From positions 17,050,001 through 17,114,000 of the forward strand of contig JBHGNT010000010.1 of NCBI GenBank assembly GCA_043228905.1: a stretch of 64,000 nt of DNA. The letters run 5' to 3'. The notes under the pieces were generated by a model. The model searched no databases. It had not been told where the DNA came from and worked only from the letters and a program-made list of their open reading frames with translations. This DNA is from Azolla caroliniana. Its lineage: Eukaryota; Plantae; Polypodiophyta. Positions 54,251 to 64,000 of this stretch are shown here, one piece after another; positions within the stretch are counted from its first letter, which is position 1, and every line of letters begins with the position of its first letter. Both the position numbers and the translations under genes were made by a program.

Positions 54251-54909
54251 TGAAACGACAATGTCCTTCATCTCCACGAACATTGACAATGTACTTGTAT
54301 TGAATTTCCCTACCATCAACACTCCAGTTTACCACAACCTTGATGTTCTCACAACAGCCATGCATTGGTTACATCACAATCATCTACCTATAAAACAAAA
54401 TTATCTATGTCCTCATCACCTCAAACAAATATGCTTCGATCCCAAAACCATCTTCACTCAACCTTATCAGAAAACAAAATTCCGCTTCATTCGGTCCGCA
54501 TCAACCATCTCGCCGCTTACAACCAAGGTCTTGTACAAATAAAAACAAAATGAGTCTAGTGTGTTTCTCATCCCCTCATGATTTGCTTCCCCCCCCCCCC
54601 CCCCCCACCATCATCACTCATAAAAACAAACAAATTGCTTCATTCAGTCCGTACTAACCCTCTCGCCGATTACCGTCGTGGTCCTGTGCAGATAACAACA
54701 AAATAAGTGAAAAATGTTTCCCCATCCCCTCATGATCTACTTCAACCCTCACACCATCACCACTCATCCTCTTGTCATGACAAATATGCTTCAAACCCCA
54801 TCGCCATCATCCCTCAACCTATGAGAACCATAACATCTTCTTAACTCAACCCACATCTGGAGTATCTCGTTGACCCTCTTGCCATCTCACCGATTACTTC
54901 GCGCCCCCT

Positions 54910-55661
54910 TCTGAATAATATTATCCCAATTGATAGATCTAACAGGTCTGGATTGTGGTCCATGGACCTGGTTCTTTATGAACAAGATTGTTGAATCAAG
55001 CTCGGAGATGTAGAAATTCCAAGGTACACTAGCAATATTTTTTATTCCCTTGTTTCTTGAAAGATAAACAAAGTTAAGAGATTTTTTTATATTTTATATA
55101 AAGCCAATCTCAAAGTATGTAAAAATGGAGCATCCTAAATACTTCTCTGAAACAATTGAATCAAACTTTCTGAATGAATATTTTGTGGTATTCAGATACC
55201 TCAAATATTGTTGGATTTTGGCAATCTAATTTCTAGAAATAGAAATATTGAATGAATCGATCGGGAAGCTTTCCAATCAACAATAAGCTTCTTCATAGTC
55301 GGAGGCGTAGTCCAAGACGATAAAGAAATCTCTAAAACAAAGCATATCATTTTGGATAGGACATGGAAGTATGGCTAGAAGCCCCAACTACCAGATTGAT
55401 TTCAATCAGATTCTGAATAAACAATCTCGTAATAATTCTGATGACGCATTCTATCAATCATAAGTTTCGATGATATAATACTACATGCTTGAAGTACTAT
55501 ATCAACCTTTGGTGCGTACGAAACGTATTTGCAAGCAACCAAATAACAATCCTCTTTGATGGAAAATGAATACAAAAAAAACATTCAAGTTTGTTGAAAT
55601 TGATCCACTGACTCATCATAAAGTCCCTAGAATTAGAAAAAGGTCCATGATCGCTCTTCAT
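54910..55661 (-). pseudogene. matK: Nuclear plastid DNA insertion (NUPT): 5' half of matK
   Basis: FLYSFSIKEDCY..., KLMIDRMRHQN, RSIHSIFLFLE...IPQNIHSESLIQLFQRSI*DAPFLHTLR and WNFYISELDS match conserved maturase K blocks. Contains stops and frameshifts. Confidence 0.85.
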
Positions 55662-55713
55662 TGTGGTAGTCTCCTAAACTAAAAAACTTTTGAGGATACT
55701 ACCAGCCACAACC

Positions 55714-55946
55714 GGTTGATACACGTACAAGTGAGAGACACAAATATCAAAACAATCACGAGACAACAAACAAAGCAGAAAGTACAAAGACATCAATATT
55801 TAACGTGGAAAACCCTGAAAGGGAAAAACCACGGGGATCCACAAAACTCCGAACTAGTTCACTAAGGTAGGAGGAATACGCATGAGTCTCTAGAGCAACA
55901 ACCTTGAGCTCCTCTTTGTCTGGTGATAGTTACAACGGAGTTACTA

Positions 55947-56013
<67 letters not shown>

Positions 56014-56363
56014 CACTCTCCTACCAACAACAACTATACCCATCATCATCCAATGATTTGCCCAAGTTGTATTTATACTAATACAAGTTTAGGACTATTT
56101 ACAATTCTGGCCCAAAATGGGCACCACATGACCTATTTACAAATATGACCTTTTTCTCCAATTATTTAGGACTATTTACAATTCTGGCACAAAATGGGCT
56201 CCACATGACCTATTTACAAATATGACCTTTTCCGGATGCCTATCTAGATCTGATCTAGATACCGATCTGGTTCTAGTTTCGATTCCGGATCCGGTCTTTC
56301 TTCTTCCCCGGATCCAACTGATCCGGCTTGTGCTTTACTTCCCATCCGAAGGGACCTGTTTCA
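55714..56363. mobile_element. Probable Copia-type solo LTR inserted in the NUPT
   Basis: ATTTAACGTGGAAAACCC...GGAAAAACCACGG motif typical of Copia LTRs, a (CT)n run, TATTTATA, and an internal ~78-bp duplication. Termini are imperfect; possible TSD CAACC/CAACT. Confidence 0.55.
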
Positions 56364-56951
56364 CAACTAAAACAAAAACAACGGAATATAAAGAATCAAT
56401 ATACTAGCCTGATCGAGTTTGTTGTATATATAGGGGAGAGGATAAGGGATAGAGACAAAATACCACTTCAGAAACAAGCCACCAAATGAACCAAAGAGTG
56501 ATATATGTTCGTTGGTGCACCTATGTATGTCCAGGATCGAACACTATTCCAAATACACTACATTGAACATTTCGAAAGAACCCTTCGAAGCATTAATTCT
56601 CGGGCAAGGTTAGATGGGATGGCCCAGAGCCAACCATCCATAGTCCCAAGCAAGCTTCGCATATAAAGCTAATTTCCCAAAAACTCTTCAATTTCAAATT
56701 TTTTTAGTTATTATCTTTTTCTTGTTGCTTCTCGAAGAGGTCCATCACACCATTGATTTCAAATTTGAGTAAAGACCACGATCTTTTTCTAGAGATACTA
56801 CTACTTTGTCGAGGGATAATAAAACGATGTATAGGTAAAGTGAAAGTAGTAGGAAAGGATGATACATAAACGTCTGAAAAGAAATATAGGCTGGACTCAT
56901 TATATTCTCCCAAAAATAATTTTATTAAATCATTTTTTTAAGCAATTTAAA

Positions 56952-57125
56952 TCAAAATACTTTTGCCCATTTCGATAGATCACTAACAGTATCTGTTGTT
57001 TGGGCCCCTACCTCCAACAAAGATTTAATTGCAGGAACGTTTAACTAGGTTTGTTCTTTAGTGGGATCATGAAATCCAATCTCCTTGATGGCCTTTCCTT
57101 CCCAACGGGACCGAGTATCAATGGC
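56952..57125 (-). pseudogene. rps16: NUPT: rps16 exon 2 fragment
   Basis: [56 protein letters not shown]. Confidence 0.9.
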
Positions 57126-57939
57126 CTTACCATCATTTAAATGTTCTAGAGGTGGAAATTGTGTAGAAAAGCAAGCAAGGTTTAAAGGGTTAGATGTTCA
57201 TGTAGTTATCTTATAGAAGGTATCTAGTTCAAATCATTGTCTAAACTCTAGCCTATTCTACATTCTCCTCACCTTAATCTTCAATATCTCTTTCGTTTAA
57301 CCAAATTATTCTTCTTGATTTTCTCCATCTCCTACTTCAAAATCCTAAAGGTTCCACCCACGCAATCAACACAAATCAATGTGCTTTTGTGGGACATTTT
57401 GGTGAAAATGAGTTTGTGATGATGACCATGATATTGAAATATGTTAAGAATGATGACAAGAAAGAATGTGATGAGTGGATAATGATATATGGGCGTGTCT
57501 TATAATGATGTAACTTGGAAGGATGATGTAAGACATTATGTAAGTATAGTTGATTTTTTGTGTGGTGTATGTTGAGAGAATGTTTGAAAATAATGTAGTT
57601 AGGATTGATAATGGTAACAACACTAAAAGAGATGTTGGTTTAGATATTATTTTCTATTATAATGATGACGACGACGATGATTATACGGAATTGTTATACT
57701 ATGGAAATATGGTTTTTATGTTCGATGGTGATGATAATACATAATAATAACAAAAGTATTGTTACAACTGTGTTTGATGAGGATAAGTGTATGGTTTATA
57801 ATGATGCCGTTGAGTTTGATAGACATGTGGTTATGATGTCAGATATGGGGAAGAGAGTGTCTAATAAGATTGTGTTAAGTACCTATTGTACGTACCACGA
57901 CCCATGAAGACATTGGCAAGGGTATTAAAGACCAAGCGT

Positions 57940-58053
57940 TGTCGCATTGATACGCGCGTGCCTGTAGAAGGGGCAGGACCACAGGGGGCCTCAGACGAGG
58001 GAGAACGAGATGCCAAGAAACCCGACTCCGGACACGTCCCAGAGGCAACCGAA

Positions 58054-58094
<41 letters not shown>

Positions 58095-58801
58095 TTGCGC
58101 AAGATCTTACTCTTATGCACAGGGAACAAGGGCTATGTTCCCGACACCGCCAAATACACCGATATGCACAAACAGGTATAAGTATATATATTACAAGGGA
58201 AAAGATACAACCCTGGCTTCAAGCCGGCTACGCTCCCAAGAAAGGAAGTTAACCTAACAACTTTGCCGCCATAGCTGCAACACCCGACTTCTCAAGAAGG
58301 AGAAGAAGAAGAAAAGAAAATAGGAAGTTACTAACCCTAGGAACTCTTAACAAAAGAAAGACCCTCTATAAAATGGTATACCCTTACGACTCAAAATGGG
58401 CAACCGCTTCCAAAGTGACCCCTCACTCCCTTTTATAGTAGTAAGGGGTGAGGCACATTACAAGAGTGGTCAAACCCCCTTCTCCTTTTCAAAGGAGAAT
58501 ATTTGTTCTCGATCTTGAGACCATTGGCCATAATTCTCACTCCTCTAGCCGTCCTATTCAATGCCCATTACTCCCGTCACTTATTCTTCACGTACCTCTA
58601 TCTAGTCTACCAAGTGCACATCACATTTACAATTAACAAACTCCGTGGAGCACCTTTAGCACCTTAGGTTAATGCCCTTCCCCTTTACATTTTGTTATCT
58701 TATTTTTATATACAAATGTACAAGTGCATGTGCAACGTTGCACGTCTCCATTTTCTTTATACCGCTCGGTTTTCTCACTATGGACGAAAATCATCACGAT
58801 A
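57940..58801 (-). mobile_element. Solo LTR of the tRNA-Trp/NCGN family
   Basis: TGTCGCA...CACGATA, homologous to 29125-29818. Flanks GCGT / GTGT. Confidence 0.9.
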
Positions 58802-60584
58802 GTGTAAGACCAAGATAAGGGAATATAATAAAGCAATTCTAGAATTTTAAGCCTAATGGCCAGCCCAATGTGAACGGGGGCAATATTTTTGAAAAAAAGT
58901 TATAAAAGTCAACTTTGTGCTTTTCTAGCTCTTCTTCATGAACTTTTAGTTTTCTTCGCCCCTTGTAATCTAACCTAGAGCTCTCTCTATCTCCCTCATA
59001 CTTGTAAAGTGAGTGATTAGTGTTAAGTGTTATCTACCCAAACCCTAATCTCTCCTCCTTTTGTATATGTTGTGTGTCCTCCCATTAATTGAAGTGTGGT
59101 TAATTTTATTACTTGTGTACATATCTAATGCGTAAGCCTATTAAGGCACTTGTGAGCTTCTTAACAATGTTATTTTTTCAAGAGAGGCAAGTTAGAGTTT
59201 GCAAGGTTTTTTGACGTAGTGAAACCCATGAAGACATTGACAACAACAAAGACACAAAGGACTAAACATAAAAAAGGTAATAGAACAAAATGTGCTCTAG
59301 AGTTTTTGGCCAAATGGTTACCCCAATACGAAAGGGGACAATCTCTTTGTAAAAGAGCTATAAGTCACACTTGTGGATATACATTGATCTGAATCCCTAA
59401 ACCAATGATTCAATAAGGAGAGAGAAGTCCATTAGAATGAAGACACACGCTCGGTATAACACACCCAAGGTTAGGGTAAGCAAAATTAGTTGTTTGCGGA
59501 GAGTGTTTGACAACCACTCTTGTCAAACTCACCATCAAATAGAATACAATGGATGCCTCACTGAATGATATTGGCTTGGAGACATAACTCTACTAATAAA
59601 AAGGCATACACTTGGTGAGAACACCTAGAGCTGACAAATATTGCAATTTATGGGTTTGATATGAATGATGATTTCTATGAGAGGTATTAGGAAAAATACG
59701 ATGGTCATAATAATTATGAGAATGAGATGGTGGTGGTGGTCAAAGTGAGTTGAATCATCGTAAATCATTGGGAATAATTGCACAACATGGTAATATGGCT
59801 CATAATACTTACAACAATGAAATGTTTGAAGGTAGCAAAGAGAAGACGGTCAAGACGAGGGAAGGTACTAAAGGTAGTTTGCAAGTGATTGTGGATATGG
59901 AGTCCAACGACGATGTGTGCAATATGGCAATTGATGTTAGAGAAGGTTTAAGCAACACATGGAAGAGAGTTCATATGATATCGTTACAAAGGCACAAGAG
60001 TTACTCCAAATTATCGACAAGAAAATCAAGGAGAAGTTAGATTACACTACATAAAAACCGAAGGAGACTTGTAAAGGATATACTCCACTTATGATTTATA
60101 CATTATCTAAGGATGTCATGGTAATGAAGGGGAAAAACATAGAAGAAGTGATAAAAAAGTGTTGAAAAAAGCGCAAATACTACATGGGCGAAGGTTGAGA
60201 AATGTTTTTTGAGTGCATCCAACAATGTTAAAAGATTATCAAATCAAATACCATCAACAACAATATGTTCCACGTACCTACCTACAAGCATATTAGTGGG
60301 ATTGATTTCTTTCTACATGAAGGGACGTTGTTCAACGATATGCTTGATAGACATGGCATTAGGTGATCTCTCTTCAACGTTGGGACAAATAGGAGGATGT
60401 GTGTATTAACTAGGGGTGATTATCATGCTTCACATAGGACATAATGTGAACCACCTCTAAACCAAAGATAGGTTCCAATCATGAAAGAAAAATATTTTGA
60501 AGTAATCGTTGTACATACAAATGTAATTTTTGAAAGGACAATATTTGTAACTTTTATTTCCAAATTATGGAGTAGTATAAATAC

Positions 60585-61722
60585 TATGGTGTGCATGTAT
60601 GCCTTTGTGCCACTCTTTTAGCACACCCTTTTTAGGATGCATGTACCTAAGCCGACCCACCCTTTTAGCATACCCTTTTAAGCTAAGCCAACCCAAATGG
60701 GTACCTATGTATAAACTATAAATTGAGTAAGAAGTAAGAAGCTAACTAGACTGGTTTTGATCTCTTATGTGCATTTCACATATTGGTGGAGATGTGGGGT
60801 ACCAGTCCCCCATGTCCAAGCATCCACCTCTTCCCCCTCAACTTCTTGTCCCACGAGTTTCTCTAATTCCCTTCCTACACGATCCCCGATCCCCCTCTGA
60901 CACGATAGCCCTCCTATCCCCCACCTCAGCCAAGTCCAGGTGGCCCTTAGTCCACAGGAGCGATTGATCTTCACCTCCATATGATCTTTCCTCGATCCCC
61001 CTCCGACACGATAGCCCTCCTGTCCCCCACCTCAACCAAGTCCAGGTGGCCCTCAGTCCATAGGAGCGATTGATCTTCGTCGCCATATGATCTTTCCTCG
61101 ATCCCCCTCCGACACGATAGCTCTCCTGTCCCCCACCTCAGCAAAGTCCATGTGGCCCTCAGTCCACAGGAGTGATTGATCTCTATTCGCCGATTAATAG
61201 CTCATTTTCCGTCACTAGCCCCGTCCAACTATCAAGGCCAACAGTTCCACGGGGGATGTCCTCAACGTCGTTGCAACTCAACTACGTGTCCGTAGATGTT
61301 TACATCCCCACGTCATCTTCACTGAATGCCTCAACAAGACCCTCAAGCAAGAGGTTGCCGCACGAATCAGCCCTTTTAGAGCACTCTCTGGGTGTGATCC
61401 TCACCTCCCACCAGAATAGTCCATTGACGTCCATTCCGAACCTGCCAACATGCCACCCTAGGCCCATCTTCTAACCCCCATCCTTTCCCCATGTTATAAA
61501 CCTCCTTGTTTCTCTTAGGGGGGAAATGTGTTGTGCATGTATGCCTTTGAGCCACTCTTTTAGCACACCCTTTTTAGGATGCATGTACCTAAGCTGACCC
61601 ACCCTTTTAGCATACCCTTTTAAACTAAGCCAACCCAAATGGGTACCTTTGTATAAACTATAAATTGAGTAAGAAGTAAGAAGCTAACTAGACTGGTTTT
61701 GATCTCTTATGTGCATTTCACA
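60585..61722 (+). mobile_element. TRIM-like non-coding LTR element
   Basis: 196-bp LTRs at 60585-60780 and 61527-61722; TSD ATAC. PBS TGGTGGAGATGTGGGG (tRNA-Ala type); PPT AGGGGGGAAA. Confidence 0.92.
60888..61182 (+). repeat. 106-bp tandem repeat (~2.8 copies) inside the TRIM
   Basis: GATCCCCCTC[TC]GACACGATAGC starts at 60888, 60994 and 61100. Confidence 0.93.
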
Positions 61723-61789
61723 ATACCAATAACGTAACAAATTACAATTATATATTGAAAAGCTTTCTCATACGAAATGAGATAAAGAA

Positions 61790-63900
61790 TAAACTTTTCC
61801 TCCACTTGAGGGAAATGTGAGGCATGAACTAAAGAGTAATTAATTTTTACACTATTTGTTGGGCAAGAAATTTACATTTCACGTTGATAACTCCAAGCTA
61901 GTTTAACTCATGGCTAAAGCGACTCTCATAGAAAACCTGCCTAATGGATGTTGACCTTATAATAATTTGAGTTTGCAATCTTCCATTTGCCTAGAACATA
62001 GCATGTGGTCACTGAGTGGCATCCAAGATTTCTTCTTTCCAATGTGGATAGGGTAAGTCTAGGTAAGTATCAAACTTTTGGTGAGTATCATTAATATATA
62101 GTCAGATCAGTGATAAACGACTTAGTGGACGAATTCTACTATTCCTCACAATAAATACCACAATAACCATGGCCACCGATCATTCCTCGTAGTTAGGTTC
62201 AATTATTATGAAGAATTACCATATAGGAATGATCCTATTATACCTCCATTGAGTTGTAATCACCATGCCTTACTAAACATGGGCATTAACAAGGATGACT
62301 TCAAGATCGTATCTATGTCCCCCTTGAGCATGTACTTATTGGCTAAATAATTTCTTGTTTTGCCGAGATCTTCTCTTCCTTATCTTTCTCGTTATCTTGT
62401 TACCTCGTCATGGTCTAGGCCATATCCCATAGATCACAATTGGTTTTCCATGGACATTAAAAAGATATCTAACTATCTATCTCTACTAATACTCCTTGTT
62501 CTTCTCATAAGTGTGAAGATGGTTGCAATCTTAGACAAACTTGGACTTGGCTCCTAGACAATGACTTGGAGAGCCGAATTTGATGTCATGATGCAAATGT
62601 TCATGGGGAGATAATAGGTGAAGTCATCAAGTTCTGTTAGAGTTTAAGAAATATTAAGAAATAATGTACATAATAACAAGGAAACAGTTCAATTGGATAA
62701 AGTGCATTGTTACTAGATCAATTGTCATGATAGAAAAGCAAACTCTAATTTTGGCAAAGAGGGAAAGCGTCCAATTTGCCATGAAGAGGATGCCTAGGGA
62801 AAAATTTAGAGGACATGAATTTTGGAGGATTAATACACGAACAATTGTATCTCATTATCAACGTAAATTCTACGTTTGTCTTTTTATTTCAATTATTGTC
62901 ATTTATTTATGTTGTGTAGTAATGTTTTATCTATTGTCTATGAATTCTTGAACAATCTCCATCTCTTCTCTTCATGAAGAACCTCACATCCCTATTCATG
63001 GAGAGAAGCCCAACAACCTTATCCAAGATATGATCCCTCACCTTTGCCAATAGTCATGCCTCACCGCCCCCCCCCCCCCCCCCCCCCCCCCCTTCTCAAG
63101 GGCAAGCCACAAGAGGCCTGCCTCCCCACCCATTTATGATCTTGAAGATTCTTGCTTATGGATTGACATGAAGTTGCGGGCCCATATACACTATGGATGA
63201 GCTTGAGGATGGTACAGTAGATAATAAAAAATTCAGTTGTAGAGAGATCGATTGCAATCTATGGGAGTGGGCCTAGCCCATGGTCCATGGTGAGAATGAA
63301 CTTGAGTTCTTTAAATTTACAATGATGTGACTAGGCTAGCAAAAGGAATCGACAAAATTGTGGAAGTAGCCTTTCAATTTGGAAGTGATGTAAATAACCT
63401 CTTTTAGTTCTACAAAAGGGAGATGCAATAGAAGGGTGCTCCAAAAGTAAAAGATGCTTTCAAGGCATATTGTTGTCCAGGTTCCAACCTTGGATTATAG
63501 AACTACAAACCATAAACAAAACTTGGGTAGGTTTTGAATAGGCTTTGCTTATTGAGTTCGGCCTTGATTATGTGATAAGGATTACCTAGTAGGATCTTAA
63601 AAATTCGCCACGTTCTCTAATAAGGACAGTGGGTGCAGAACTAATATTAAGAAAGTTTGACCAGAGGTTTGAGCAAGTTCTCAATGCTTCATAAAATGAG
63701 TCTATGACCAGACAATGTCATATTAGTCCTCAAAGTTATGAGTGTGAAGGATAGAAGGGATCTAGGAACTCGCAATCAAATGCCCTTGTCACGAACTAGG
63801 TGGAGGTCAAAAGGGCGAGTGATAATTTTGTCGAGTAACTATAGAGGCTCAAGGGTTTCCAAGCCAATAAGTCAATGTTGTTTGAAAGTAAGAACAAGTG
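61790..63900 (-). mobile_element. Very old Gypsy pol relic
   Basis: Faint integrase-like remnants (LLFSS...PQ near 61810-61840, GGHG near 62175) and RT-like remnants. No ORF. Confidence 0.35.
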
Positions 63901-64000
63901 GTGATAGTGAGAATGCCTTTTTAGCATTCAACATTAATGGTTGTTTTCCCACGGTCATTGCCCCCACAATTGGATGCTCCACTCATGCCCAACAATATAT

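Noticed and set aside
57900-59240. Short direct repeat CCCATGAAGACATTG at ~57901 and ~59225
   Set aside because: It is too short to define an element; probably a relic of an old LTR.
60585-61722. Retrozyme or Cassandra identity for the TRIM
   Set aside because: No hammerhead core or 5S rRNA-like segment was recognised in the LTRs.

Overview
Nuclear DNA of a non-seed land plant, most likely a leptosporangiate fern. The evidence is a plastid-derived insert with free-standing matK next to rps16 and no trnK exon, a Tcn1-type chromovirus, and a bryophyte/fern-type gag. Four host genes are present: the 3' part of a TBC/RabGAP gene (+), a 6-exon MYB-CC (PHL/APL-like GARP) transcription factor (-), a class III peroxidase (-) and a TBL O-acetyltransferase (-). 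There is also a PPR relic and a matK-rps16 plastid insert. Positions 2963-33060 are a ~30 kb nest of transposons, bracketed exactly by an inverted ~1 kb duplication of the MYB-CC gene's 3' end. The most striking system is an LTR family with six insertions in this window. It has a tRNA-Trp primer site, carries gag but no pol, has a modular repeat/hairpin array in place of pol, and inserts at 4-bp CpG-centred (NCGN) targets, repeatedly into its own CpG-rich interior. A second short-LTR family (tRNA-Ala-type PBS, 4-bp ATAY targets) occurs as a defective Gypsy and a TRIM-like derivative. A self-priming chromovirus is also present. All coordinates and alignments were read by eye; no database searches were run.
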